From: Candidatus Hydrogenedentota bacterium
GTDB taxonomy: Bacteria > Hydrogenedentota > Hydrogenedentia > Hydrogenedentales > SLHB01
NCBI GenBank assembly: GCA_045863295.1
Contig: BTWA01000014.1
Coordinates: forward strand, 64,001 to 128,000
Reading direction: 5' to 3'
DNA length: 64,000 nucleotides
In this document: positions 39,597-49,582 of the stretch, in pieces
Layout of the letters: each line of letters starts with the position of its first letter
Position numbering within the stretch: position 1 is the stretch's first letter
Program-made: the position numbers and the translations under genes
The notes under the pieces: model-generated
The model's database searches: none
Told to the model about the DNA's origin: nothing
What the model saw: the letters and a program-made list of their open reading frames with translations, nothing else

Positions 39597-41765
39597 ATGC
39601 CGGTCCGTTTACTTTGGATTCCGTGTGTGCTGGGGCTACTGGCATTCTCCGCATACGGCGACATCCGCGTTCAGATGGATGCCACATCACGGTTCGTCAA
39701 CATTACCTACGACGTGCCGGCTAGCGCGCCGGACCTAGTCCAGGTATTTTGCAGTTGGGCGCCCGCCGCTACGGTTGAATGGCGTCCGGCCAAGGTGATG
39801 CCTTATATCTCCGAATCGGCGTATAACCTGATCCCGGCCAACGACTGGTTGCAGTGGCGGGATGGCCGAATCGTTGAACGGCGATCCGCCGGGCTGCAAC
39901 GCACGGTCGTGTTTAATCCTTACCCGGAAGCGCAAATGGATGGCCGCTTGGATGTTGACTTCCGAATTGAGATTCGCGATGAGGACGGAGCCCTGCTGTC
40001 CGAAGTCGTAACCCGCATTGCCGCGGACAACAGCGATGTGTACTACATCGAAGATTGGTCCAACGTGCTTCAAGCGGATGCATTGACCGGCGAGGCGCCG
40101 CATTGGACATGGGATACGACGCTTCCTATCGAATCGGGCGCTTCATTGGGCAACGCACTCACAGGGAACGCCGGCCCGGATACTGCGATTCGCCAACTCA
40201 CTTATCCGCTTGATTTGAAGGGGTGGTATGCGATCTACGTGTCGACCGTACCGGAGAAGGGATCCGTGCGTATCCGCCTGACGGGCGACGAACGATCCGA
40301 CACCCTTGGTTCCCGTCATCGTGGCGAGGAAGTGCTGTGGCGTTGGGCAAAGATGGACCGCCAGCACCTCGTGTTGAGCCAGCCTCATCATTACACCGGC
40401 TACACGCCCGCCCATGTGGACTATGTGAAGTTGGTTCCCGTGACCGAAGCACAAGTCAAGGATTGGGATGCCCAATTTGGGTCACCGGACAAGGTTGTTG
40501 CGGGATACTTCGAACCCTATTCGTGGGCGTTTGTGGAAAACATTCAGCAAACTCTTCAGCACCGTGAACCGCTTACGGCGTTCCATGAGGCGCGATTCAA
40601 CATCGTCGATATACAAATCGGCCGGTTCGGCATGAAATCCGTTTTCGAAACCCGGCAATCGGATCAGTTGCTCTATTCCACCATTGGCGATCCCATTGGC
40701 GATGTCGTACAGCCCACCACCGACAACGTGGGCCGCATGCAGCAATACACCAACACGCTCGATGCCGAATTGCGCTATGCGCACGAGTTGCAACTCACGG
40801 CACACGCCAACTTCGGCGCGACCAACTGCTATCCAGGTTCTCCGCTGCAGGGCGATTTTTCGAAGCAGCACCCCGACTGGATGCGCGGCAGCGCCCTGCG
40901 CTATGAAATCCCCGAAGTCCGGGCCTACGTTCTTGCCTTGTACCGCGAGGCCCTCGACATCGGCGCCCCGGCCATCTCCATTGATTTTTGCCGTTACCCC
41001 GAAGGTATCGATACGAAGGAAACCTGCACTGCTTTCTTGCGCGAGCTACGAGCTTTGGCGAGTGAATTTGCCGCCGCCCGCGGCGAGCCCGTCCCTATTC
41101 TGATTCGCTTTCCGGGAACCGGCGTACGCAAGGCGGAACTCTTCGATTACGTTACGTGGGCACGTGAGGGGCTTGTCGATTACCTGTGCCCTAGCAATAT
41201 TCAAGGGCGCCATTGCCACATCGATATGACGCCCTACATGACCGCTGTTCGGGGGACAACCTGCACCTTGTTGCCGGCGCTTGACGGACTCTGGTGGGCA
41301 CTTCCATTTCCGGGGCCATTCTTGTGGCGCGTTAAGCAGTTGTATGATTCGGAAGTTACCGGTGTCTATCTTTATCAGGCGGACGCTCGTGTATTGGGCA
41401 CTCCGGGAGATCGCCGTACCATGCGACTGTTGGCAAGTCGCGCCGCCGTCGACCGATTCTGGAATGAAGACGCCGCGCAGAGGCCGAATCGCAGCAAGGG
41501 CATTTACATCACGCCCCCAAGCGAACTCGGCGTGCACCACCCGTGGGAACGTATCCGCATCTGGGTCGAAGGCGTGCCGATGGGGCCGCTGGAGGCCTAC
41601 ATTGACGGGAATCAGGTTACCTCGGTAGACGGCCCGCCCTACCTCGTGGGCACGGAAGAGTACACCTCCGACGGGGTCATTCCCTCGGGTGAGCATGAAT
41701 TGCGAATCCGCGTGCGGGACGGCGAAGGCTGGCTCGAGCAAGCGTTTGCGGTCAAAGGCGAATGA
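39597..41765 (+). CDS. Secreted protein with GHL10-like glycoside hydrolase TIM barrel
   Basis: Signal peptide; HPDW..YEIPEVR..ISIDFCRYP..WAREGLVDYLCP pattern. Confidence 0.55.
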   Translation: MPVRLLWIPCVLGLLAFSAYGDIRVQMDATSRFVNITYDVPASAPDLVQVFCSWAPAATVEWRPAKVMPYISESAYNLIPANDWLQWRDGRIVERRSAGLQRTVVFNPYPEAQMDGRLDVDFRIEIRDEDGALLSEVVTRIAADNSDVYYIEDWSNVLQADALTGEAPHWTWDTTLPIESGASLGNALTGNAGPDTAIRQLTYPLDLKGWYAIYVSTVPEKGSVRIRLTGDERSDTLGSRHRGEEVLWRWAKMDRQHLVLSQPHHYTGYTPAHVDYVKLVPVTEAQVKDWDAQFGSPDKVVAGYFEPYSWAFVENIQQTLQHREPLTAFHEARFNIVDIQIGRFGMKSVFETRQSDQLLYSTIGDPIGDVVQPTTDNVGRMQQYTNTLDAELRYAHELQLTAHANFGATNCYPGSPLQGDFSKQHPDWMRGSALRYEIPEVRAYVLALYREALDIGAPAISIDFCRYPEGIDTKETCTAFLRELRALASEFAAARGEPVPILIRFPGTGVRKAELFDYVTWAREGLVDYLCPSNIQGRHCHIDMTPYMTAVRGTTCTLLPALDGLWWALPFPGPFLWRVKQLYDSEVTGVYLYQADARVLGTPGDRRTMRLLASRAAVDRFWNEDAAQRPNRSKGIYITPPSELGVHHPWERIRIWVEGVPMGPLEAYIDGNQVTSVDGPPYLVGTEEYTSDGVIPSGEHELRIRVRDGEGWLEQAFAVKGE

Positions 41766-41771
41766 TTTCTG

Positions 41772-42929
41772 TTAGTCAATGAGCCCCATGCTCGCCTTAA
41801 TTCCGAGATCGATCGTAACCAGCTCTTGCGGTGCGTTTTCGTCGGGGTTCAGTTGTGCCGGATCGCCGCCTTCTACCTCATTCAGCAAACCTGAAAATGC
41901 TTCGACCAACGATGCTACAGGGCTAAAGTTTTGTCCCAACTCCATCTTGAATCCCATGTCCATGTCGGCACGCACCACATGCCCGGTTTCCACGTCGAAA
42001 TAGACCATGTTCTGGCCCGTCAGATTGAATTCGGGCATGCTCAGTCCCATGGCTTCGCCCAATTGACTTGATGGCATGGATATCTTGCCGTCTTTGTCCG
42101 CCGCGGAGATTGTCTGCTGTATTACCCCGCACCGGCGGCCGTAAAGGTCCTGATACCCGACGAGCACATTGTGCGCTTGCGCGGGCACCAAAGCTTCGAT
42201 GCCGGGCACCGGCAACGAGAAATCGCTTGTCCACTCGGTCTGTACTGGAATCTCGTCGTCCTTGAATCGCACGGGGGATACAAACGCGGACGACGAGAGG
42301 AGTTGGTCAAATCCCTGAGGACCCCGCACGTCCATCACGCGCCCGTCCGGCGCCACAATGGTGTGAATGGTCTGCGAAAGGAATTCCAGTTGTGGCACGC
42401 CTTTCAGCGAATCGCCGCGGGAAGTGTCCAACTGCGTAGTGCCGTCGAGCGAAAACGAGGCATTTGATCCCGATTGCCGGAAATCCACCGGTCCGCCCAT
42501 GAACATGCCCTGCAATTGCGCGCTTTCGAACGAGATGTCGACGGAACCGTTGCCGGACGAATCCACCGATTGCGTGGATACATTCATCACGGCCGCGAAA
42601 TTCGCATCCACTGGCGAACTGTCGCCGAGTTGCAGGCCCGTGCCGTCAAGCTCCGCGTTGATGGCATACCTTAGCGTTTCGCCCGGTTTGAACTTGTACG
42701 AAAAAGGTCCGGAAGGATTGTGGGCCGCCGGCGCCATCGAAGGCGGCTCCGGTTTCTTGAAGATGAGATCTGCCTCCGCCGCCTCGTTCGGCGACATCGG
42801 CGGGGGAGAGGGGGTCTCGCCGCGCGGCACGATGTCGTAATTCTTCATAAACCACATGCCACCCGCCAGCCCGACTCCAACGCATACCAGCATACCGGCG
42901 ATTTGGCCCGCGATCATGGATGGCTTCAT
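41772..42929 (-). CDS. Membrane-anchored hypothetical protein (beta-rich)
   Basis: N-terminal TM, Pro-rich linker, YKFKPGETLRY. AAGGA RBS. Confidence 0.6.
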   Translation of the reverse strand: MKPSMIAGQIAGMLVCVGVGLAGGMWFMKNYDIVPRGETPSPPPMSPNEAAEADLIFKKPEPPSMAPAAHNPSGPFSYKFKPGETLRYAINAELDGTGLQLGDSSPVDANFAAVMNVSTQSVDSSGNGSVDISFESAQLQGMFMGGPVDFRQSGSNASFSLDGTTQLDTSRGDSLKGVPQLEFLSQTIHTIVAPDGRVMDVRGPQGFDQLLSSSAFVSPVRFKDDEIPVQTEWTSDFSLPVPGIEALVPAQAHNVLVGYQDLYGRRCGVIQQTISAADKDGKISMPSSQLGEAMGLSMPEFNLTGQNMVYFDVETGHVVRADMDMGFKMELGQNFSPVASLVEAFSGLLNEVEGGDPAQLNPDENAPQELVTIDLGIKASMGLID

Positions 42930-42977
42930 GGTTATTCCTTAAGTCGCGTCTGACGATTCGCTGCCCATTCGAGCAGC

Positions 42978-43505
42978 TCACTTGCACATCGTAGTCGAAG
43001 CCGACGGCCCAGACGCATCTCCATCCTGCAGCGCGTCATACTCTGATTTCAATCGCTGCAAACGATTCCGAGCCGCGCGCGGTCCGTATGCCAGGGTGAG
43101 CAAGATACCCATTGGAATAAGAGGCGCGTACCAGAGAGTTTGAATGTACTCATTAAACTTCTCTGCGTTACCATGCCTCCACAAACAAACGGCCATGCAA
43201 ATCAATGCTACGAACGATACAAGGCAACACCCGGTTACTACCCATTCCGTCCGTCCCCAAGTTGTCAACCGGACCAGGGTCTTTGCAACGGCAATTTCAT
43301 TTTCCAGCCGCTGCCTGGCCAGCGGAAATCCCTCGCGTCTCGCCGCCACGCAAAGTCCCGGCACGGAAGGAACAAGTGTGCCGTCAATAGAGTCTAGATG
43401 CTGCGTCCCGCAGTACCGGCACATTACCGAATTCCGCCACCCGTACAGCCTGATAAGGTCACCGCAAACCTGACATTTCGAATTTGTCCACACTGCATGG
43501 AACAT
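42978..43505 (-). CDS. Hypothetical membrane protein with Zn-ribbon
   Basis: CQVCG..CRYCG and two hydrophobic helices. Confidence 0.5.
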   Translation of the reverse strand: MFHAVWTNSKCQVCGDLIRLYGWRNSVMCRYCGTQHLDSIDGTLVPSVPGLCVAARREGFPLARQRLENEIAVAKTLVRLTTWGRTEWVVTGCCLVSFVALICMAVCLWRHGNAEKFNEYIQTLWYAPLIPMGILLTLAYGPRAARNRLQRLKSEYDALQDGDASGPSASTTMCK

Positions 43506-43565
43506 GAGTAGTGGCCTCAGACCCCCGTATGCCTCTCCCTGAAATCATACAGTGGATCAATGAGG

Positions 43566-43609
43566 CAAACAAAAAAACCGCCCTGCCCCATAGTGGGAGC
43601 AAGGCGGTT
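43566..43609 (-). terminator. Rho-independent terminator of rplM-rpsI
   Basis: Minus-strand hairpin AACCGCCTTGCTCCCA/TGGGGCAGGGCGGTT followed by a T-run, just after the rpsI stop. Confidence 0.85.
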
Positions 43610-43628
43610 GGGAAAGCTGTTTTTCGGC

Positions 43629-44018
43629 TTACCGCTTCGAGAACTGGAAGCGCTTTCTCGCGCCGGGTTGGCCGTACTTTTTGCGTTCCACCTCGCGGGC
43701 GTCTCGGGTGAGCAGCTTGGCCCGGCGGAGCGGGGTCACGTATTTCGGGTCCATTTCGACCAGTGCCCGGGCAATGCCCAAGCGCAATGCGCCGGCCTGA
43801 CCGGCCTTGCCGCCGCCATCGCAACGGGCGAATACATCCAGCTTGTCGCCGTTTTCGGTAACATCGAGCGGCTGACGCGCCACCATGACCAAGGTCTCAC
43901 GGGTCAAGTATTCGTCCACCGGCAGGCCGTTCACCTTTATGACGCCCGTTCCGGGCTTCAACCGCACGCGTGCGGAGGAGGTTTTGCGTCGGCCGATTGC
44001 GGTAATGTCTTTGCTCAC
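43629..44018 (-). CDS. rpsI: 30S ribosomal protein S9
   Basis: [20 protein letters not shown] and [19 protein letters not shown]. Confidence 0.99.
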   Translation of the reverse strand: MSKDITAIGRRKTSSARVRLKPGTGVIKVNGLPVDEYLTRETLVMVARQPLDVTENGDKLDVFARCDGGGKAGQAGALRLGIARALVEMDPKYVTPLRRAKLLTRDAREVERKKYGQPGARKRFQFSKR

Positions 44019-44036
44019 GTCACGTTATTCCTTGTT

Positions 44037-44471
44037 TCAGCCGTTAAATTCGTAAGTGCGCGCGCCTTGAGCCACATGCGGATGTTCGCCGCCCGCATAC
44101 ACTCTCAAGTGCTTTAACAACTTGTGGCCCATCTTGTTCTTCGGCAACATGCCTTTCACCGCCAGCATCATGGCGCGGGTCGGGTATTTCTGCATGACTT
44201 CGTTGTAGGTCAACTCGCGCAAACCACCGGGATACTGGGAGTGGTGATAATAGATTTTTTCCGTTCCCTTGCTTCCCGTCACGCGGGCCTTGTCGGCGTT
44301 GACGATGATCACGTGATCGCCACAATCCATGTGGGGGGTGAACTGAGGCTTGTGTTTGCCGCGCAACAACTTAGCGGCCTCGGCAGCCACCCGGCCCAGG
44401 ATTTGATCCTCGGCGTCGATGACCAACCATTCTTTCTTGACTTCCCCCTCTTTGGGGACGTAGGTCTTCAC
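44037..44471 (-). CDS. rplM: 50S ribosomal protein L13
   Basis: LRGKHKPQFTPHMDCGD and AVKGMLPKN motifs. GTG start at 44471 with GGAGGAG RBS. Confidence 0.99.
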   Translation of the reverse strand: MKTYVPKEGEVKKEWLVIDAEDQILGRVAAEAAKLLRGKHKPQFTPHMDCGDHVIIVNADKARVTGSKGTEKIYYHHSQYPGGLRELTYNEVMQKYPTRAMMLAVKGMLPKNKMGHKLLKHLRVYAGGEHPHVAQGARTYEFNG

Positions 44472-44669
44472 CTTCAAACTCCTCCAGAACCCCCTGCGTT
44501 CAGGCGCAATTAGGGCGTATTTGCTTCCAAAGCGAAGCGAGAGACTACCAAACAGAAACACTAAAGTCAAGCTTGCCAACGAAACTGGCCGTCCGGAATG
44601 GAACTTTGGGAGGCCGGTGTTCCTGCTGCACCGGATTCCCCCATAACTTGAATTGGGACCTTATCCCCC

Positions 44670-45164
44670 GTGGAGGCTTGTATGGTCACTGTCCTTGTCG
44701 CGATCCATGTCGTCATTAGTCTGGTCGCACTGGCATTGGGGGTGCCTTGGCTTTATGGAATGATTGTTTCCCAGCGGCGAGACAGGCTTACCTTTTGGTT
44801 TTTGGCCACCACCTTGGGCACCAGCCTTTCCGGATTCATTTTGCCGGCCGACAGGATTTTGCCCTCCCACATTGTCGGTCTTATTTCGGTCGTTGTGATT
44901 GCGGTTGCATACTTCGCGTGGTACGTTCGCAAGTCCTCTGGATTCTGGCGCCCTATCTTTGTCATCACCGCCGTGTTTGCTTTTTATCTGAATGCTTTTG
45001 TGTTTGTCGTGCAGGCGTTTCTCAAAGTGCCTGTTCTCAAGGCATTGGCTCCGACGCAGTCCGAACCGCCATTTTTAGTGGCGCAGCTTGTGGTGCTGGT
45101 GGTGTTTCTTGGAGTTGGTACGATCGCGTGCATCCGGTTCCGGCCCGTGGCGGCCGCTGTCTGA
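44670..45164 (+). CDS. Conserved hypothetical integral membrane protein
   Basis: About five TM helices; HVVISL, TSLSGF, PSHIVG and PTQSEPPF. Confidence 0.7.
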   Translation: MEACMVTVLVAIHVVISLVALALGVPWLYGMIVSQRRDRLTFWFLATTLGTSLSGFILPADRILPSHIVGLISVVVIAVAYFAWYVRKSSGFWRPIFVITAVFAFYLNAFVFVVQAFLKVPVLKALAPTQSEPPFLVAQLVVLVVFLGVGTIACIRFRPVAAAV

Positions 45165-45176
45165 TACTCCCACCAC

Positions 45177-46748
45177 TCAAATTGTTCGTACGATTTCCAC
45201 CTTGTATCTTGCGGCCAAGGCGTAGACGTCGGGGCGCCGGTCCCGGAGCGGGCGCACGGAGCCGGTTTCGCGATGTTGCGCCAGAGAGCCCAGGTCGAGA
45301 TCGGTAATGACCGTGGTTTCCAGATTGGGCTCGGCTTCCCCGGCAATCGCGCCGGGGGGATAGGCAAAGTCGCTGGGGGTGAAGACGGCCGCCTGTCCGT
45401 AGTTGATTAAGAAGCTGCGTACTTGGGGCAGGTTGCCGACATTGCCCGTAATGACGGTGTACAGCCAATTTTCCACCGCACGCGCCTGTGCGCAATAGCG
45501 CACGCGGTGATAGGCCTTTTGATCGTCCGTGGTGAACGGGACAAAGATGACTTCCGCGCCGGCCAACGTCAGGAGGCGTGACGTTTCCGGAAACTCAATG
45601 TCGTAGCAGATCTGAATTGCAATGCGGCCGTACTCCGTCTCGAATACGCGCAGTCCTTCGCCGGGATTAATGCCCCAATCTTTTCTTTCGCTCGGAGTGA
45701 TGTGAAGCTTGTCCTGAGTGTACACGTTGCCGTTCGGCGAGAACAGATGGGCCACGTTGTACAGCTTTCCATCGGTCAGGACTGGATGCGATCCGCCGAT
45801 GATGTAGATGCCGTGGGTCTTGGCGAATTCCTGAAACATTTCGATGTAGCGGTCCGTATAATCCGCGAGATCGCGCATGGCGGATTTGCTGTCCAGGTTT
45901 GGGTCCATGATGCTGATCAGTTGAATCGTGAACAGCTCAGGAAAGACCAGGAAGTGGCAATCGTATTCGTCGGCGGTGTGCACGAAGAACTCGACCTGGC
46001 GCTCGAATTCGTCCCACGAGCGGATACTGCGCATCATGAATTGCGCCGCGCACACCCGGATGCGGCGGACGGGCCGTTGTATGGGCGATGCGGCAATGCG
46101 GCGCCGTTCGGGCCGAAAGAGCGGGTTGGCCAATTCCAAGTGCGTGGCGTAGTTTAGGCTGGCCTCGTCGCTCAAATAGTCAAAGAACACGCCCTTTATC
46201 TGGTAGCCGGCCTTCAAATGCGCGTTCAGCGCCGCATCCTTCAATTCCCCGTCGATTACTTTGTCGACATATTCGTCGGGCGTCATCTGTCCGGCGTAGT
46301 CGCGGTAACCGGGGATCCGGCCGCCGGCCACCATCCTTCTCAGGTTGAACCGCTTCAAAATGGATTTCCTGGCTTCGTACAGTTTTCCGGCAATGCCCTG
46401 TCCACGGTAGTCGGGGCGGACGCACATTTCTGCGCCGTAGAGGGTGTCGCCGCTGGGGTCATGCGTATTGAAGGTGCCGCTGCCTGTGATTTCGGCGTAC
46501 GAATGCCATGGCGACGAATCATCCAGCGTTACGATGAGGGAGGCGGCAAACCCGACTACCTTGCCCTCATGTTCGGCCAGGAACTGGCCCTCGGGAAAGG
46601 CGGCCAGTTGCATACTGAAGTGGCGTTCATTGCACATTTCGTGCTTGGGCATGTCGGCGTAGGCGGCCGCCTGACAATCGATAAGGCCGGGGATGTCCTC
46701 CTCGCGCCATGGTCGAATCTTGACGGATGGTTTTTTCTTCGGTGCCAT
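45177..46748 (-). CDS. Bifunctional GNAT acetyltransferase / carbon-nitrogen hydrolase
   Basis: VRPDYRGQGIA GNAT motif; nitrilase triad FPE, QDKLH, ICYD. Confidence 0.92.
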   Translation of the reverse strand: MAPKKKPSVKIRPWREEDIPGLIDCQAAAYADMPKHEMCNERHFSMQLAAFPEGQFLAEHEGKVVGFAASLIVTLDDSSPWHSYAEITGSGTFNTHDPSGDTLYGAEMCVRPDYRGQGIAGKLYEARKSILKRFNLRRMVAGGRIPGYRDYAGQMTPDEYVDKVIDGELKDAALNAHLKAGYQIKGVFFDYLSDEASLNYATHLELANPLFRPERRRIAASPIQRPVRRIRVCAAQFMMRSIRSWDEFERQVEFFVHTADEYDCHFLVFPELFTIQLISIMDPNLDSKSAMRDLADYTDRYIEMFQEFAKTHGIYIIGGSHPVLTDGKLYNVAHLFSPNGNVYTQDKLHITPSERKDWGINPGEGLRVFETEYGRIAIQICYDIEFPETSRLLTLAGAEVIFVPFTTDDQKAYHRVRYCAQARAVENWLYTVITGNVGNLPQVRSFLINYGQAAVFTPSDFAYPPGAIAGEAEPNLETTVITDLDLGSLAQHRETGSVRPLRDRRPDVYALAARYKVEIVRTI

Positions 46749-46879
46749 GGTGTATGGAATCCCTCCCGACTATAGGGCCGGGGTGTTGCAGTGGAGGAAT
46801 TCCAGGTAGTATAACCGCTGCAATCGCTTGGACGCCAACCCATGTACGGCGCGTCAGGCAACTCCTGGGAGCGGATACC

Positions 46880-47740
46880 GTGTTGCACTTGATTCTACTC
46901 GCGTCTGCGTTCTCACAGCCCGAACCGGCCGCGACGGCGCAGCCTGTGACGCTGGCGCTTATGCACGGCGTGCCTGTGAAATGGGATCTGGAAGCCAATT
47001 TCAAGACCTTTCTCGCGCAACTTGATGACGACGATGTCAAAGGCGCGGATGTGTTCATCACCCCCGAATGCTGGCTGGACGGGTACGCCGCGCCCGACCC
47101 TGAATCGACGCCCGAGCGGTTGCGGACCGTGGCCCAGGACTTGGATACAAGTGACTATTTGAAGCGCGTATCCGGAGAGGCCAAGTCGCGAGGCCTTTAT
47201 ATCTGCTTTGGATTTACTTCGATCGAGGACGGAGCGATTTTTAATACCTCCGGTCTGTGGAATCCCGATGGCGAGTTGGTGGGTGTGTATCACAAGACTC
47301 ACATTCAGACCCACGACAAGCAATACAGCCTGGGACAAGGCATTCCCGTGTGGGAGAGCAAGTGGGGCCCATTGGGCATGATGATTTGCGCGGATCGCCG
47401 CTGGCCGGAAACCGTTCGCACCCTGCGGCTGAAGGGTGCGAGGCTTATCCTTAATCCTACGTATGGTTTTCACGGAGACATGAACACGGCGATCATGCGA
47501 ACGCGTTCGTTTGAGAACCAGTGCTTCATCGCGTTCACGCACCCGCAAGAGAGTTTGGTCACTGGTCCGAAGGGTCAGGTCATCCTGCAGTGGGTTGGCG
47601 AAGGCGAAGCCGGCGTGGAGGCCTGCACCATCGACCTTGCCGAAGCCAGGGACAACAACCACCTGGAAGACCGGCGCCCGGAATTGTACGGGGTGATCGC
47701 GGAGGGGAGCGGAGAACAATCGCGGGGCGGAGAGGAATAG
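46880..47740 (+). CDS. Carbon-nitrogen hydrolase family protein, probably secreted
   Basis: Triad TPEC, YHKTH, ICAD and C-terminal RRPELY. GTG start with GGGAG RBS and hydrophobic N-terminus. Confidence 0.85.
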   Translation: MLHLILLASAFSQPEPAATAQPVTLALMHGVPVKWDLEANFKTFLAQLDDDDVKGADVFITPECWLDGYAAPDPESTPERLRTVAQDLDTSDYLKRVSGEAKSRGLYICFGFTSIEDGAIFNTSGLWNPDGELVGVYHKTHIQTHDKQYSLGQGIPVWESKWGPLGMMICADRRWPETVRTLRLKGARLILNPTYGFHGDMNTAIMRTRSFENQCFIAFTHPQESLVTGPKGQVILQWVGEGEAGVEACTIDLAEARDNNHLEDRRPELYGVIAEGSGEQSRGGEE

Positions 47741-47742
47741 GC

Positions 47743-48132
47743 ATGAAGTGTTTCTATCACGAAACACACGACGCGGTCGGCGTGTGCAAGGCGTGCGGCA
47801 AAGGTATCTGCAAAGAATGCGCCATCGATTTGGATCGCGGTCTTGCCTGCAAAGATGGTTGCGAGGACTTTGTGCAAGAACTGATTCAGATGAATGAACA
47901 GAATGTTCGCATGCGCAACGCATATGCGGTGACCATGGAAACCTACGTAACCAATCACTACTTGCGCGCATTTTTTTCGATGGCCTTTGGCGGTCTGATC
48001 ATAGCCGCTGGCTTTCTGGACCACAGAGTTGCTCTTTTTACCACTCTTACTGGATTCTTCTTCATGTTCTTGGGCTTGTATTTGGTGCGTCGGGCGGCAA
48101 AATTCAGAATCAAGCCACCAGAGCCTCGGTGA
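47743..48132 (+). CDS. Small membrane protein with N-terminal B-box-like Zn finger
   Basis: MKCFYH..AVGVCKACGKGICKEC and two C-terminal TM helices. Confidence 0.7.
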   Translation: MKCFYHETHDAVGVCKACGKGICKECAIDLDRGLACKDGCEDFVQELIQMNEQNVRMRNAYAVTMETYVTNHYLRAFFSMAFGGLIIAAGFLDHRVALFTTLTGFFFMFLGLYLVRRAAKFRIKPPEPR

Positions 48133-48195
48133 AAGATCGACAACGTTAACTTCAAACGGTGAATCACGGTTCAGCGGCGGAAAGGAGCCGTCTTT

Positions 48196-49467
48196 ATGTA
48201 CATTCGATTGAGCCGACGGGGGTTTTTGAATAGTGGGGTTGTGGGGGCGGCGGCTTTATGGGCCTCGCGCAAGGTTGAGGCGCAGCCGTCCGACCGCGTT
48301 GTTGTGGGCGTGATGGGGTTGTCGCGGGGGTTGGCGGTGGCGTCGAGTTTTGCGAAGCAGGAGGGGGTGGAGGTCCGGTATCTTTGCGACACGGATTCGA
48401 ATCGCGCGGCGAATGCGGTGGATGCGATATCCAAGATTGGGGCGAACACGCCTCAGGCTGTAGCGGACTTCCGGCGCATACTGGATGACCCGGAAGTGGA
48501 TGTGCTGGTGTGTGCGGCACCGAATCACTGGCATGCGCCGGCGACGATTCTGGCGTTGAACGCGGGCAAGCATGTGTATGTCGAGAAGCCGTGCAGCCAC
48601 AATCCGCGCGAGGCGGAGCTGATGGTGGAAGCGGCTACGAAATATGGCAAGGCGGTGCAGGTAGGCACGCAACGGCGGAGCAGTCCTTCGATTCGCGCGG
48701 CCATCGAGCGGATGAAGGCGGGGGAGATAGGCCGGGTGTACTCGTCGCGCGCGGTGTATGCCGCGAATCGGGGTACGATTGGTATTGGGAAGCCCGAGCC
48801 GGTGCCGGCGGAGCTTGATTATGAACTCTGGCAGGGGCCTGCTCCGCGCCGGCCGTACCTGGACAACCGGGTACCCTACAACTGGCACTGGTTCTGGCAT
48901 TGGGGCAACGGGGAACTGGGGAATAACGGCGTTCACACGCTGGACCTGTGCCGTTGGGGGCTGGGGGTGGATTTTCCGGTAAGAGTGACGTCCATCGGAG
49001 GGCGGTATTGCTTCGATGACGATCAGGAAACTCCCGATACGCACAGCGTTGGGTTCGAGTTCGAGGGGGAGAAGCTCATTACCTGGCAGGGGCACAGCTG
49101 CAACCCCAACGGGGACGATTTTGTGAATTTCTACGGCGAAAAAGGGACGCTCAAGCTGGCTGGCGGCGGGGATTACGCCTTTTACGACATGGATAACAAG
49201 GAGACTTCCAGCGAGAATGGGACGTTGGGTGAAATTGAGCATGTGACGGATTTTCTCGCGGCGATTCGTGACAACCAGGTGACGCGTCTACACTGCGGGA
49301 TTCACGAGGCGTATCCCAGCACGGTGTTGTGCCATCTCGGGAATATTGCCCAGCGGGTGGGCCGGTCCCTTCAGTGCCATGGGGGCGACGGGCATATTCA
49401 GAACGATGCCGAAGCCATGGGGCTTTGGAGTAGGGAATATGAACCGGGCTGGGAGCCAAAAGTGTAG
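48196..49467 (+). CDS. Tat-exported Gfo/Idh/MocA oxidoreductase
   Basis: SRRGFL signal; PNHWH, GKHVYVEKP, GTQRRS and GVHTLD motifs. Confidence 0.93.
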   Translation: MYIRLSRRGFLNSGVVGAAALWASRKVEAQPSDRVVVGVMGLSRGLAVASSFAKQEGVEVRYLCDTDSNRAANAVDAISKIGANTPQAVADFRRILDDPEVDVLVCAAPNHWHAPATILALNAGKHVYVEKPCSHNPREAELMVEAATKYGKAVQVGTQRRSSPSIRAAIERMKAGEIGRVYSSRAVYAANRGTIGIGKPEPVPAELDYELWQGPAPRRPYLDNRVPYNWHWFWHWGNGELGNNGVHTLDLCRWGLGVDFPVRVTSIGGRYCFDDDQETPDTHSVGFEFEGEKLITWQGHSCNPNGDDFVNFYGEKGTLKLAGGGDYAFYDMDNKETSSENGTLGEIEHVTDFLAAIRDNQVTRLHCGIHEAYPSTVLCHLGNIAQRVGRSLQCHGGDGHIQNDAEAMGLWSREYEPGWEPKV

Positions 49468-49582
49468 TACAGGCTGGGGGTTGGAAAACCGGGGGGTGCT
49501 GTTGTAAACTGTTGACCCATAAGGTACAGACAGTGGGGTCAAGCGCACCAGGCGCGATGCGGACGCAAAGGGTAAGACCATC

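Noticed and set aside
49512..49542. Inverted repeat TTGACCC-N17-GGGTCAA
   Set aside because: Single short repeat with no recognisable regulator motif or T-tract; could be chance.
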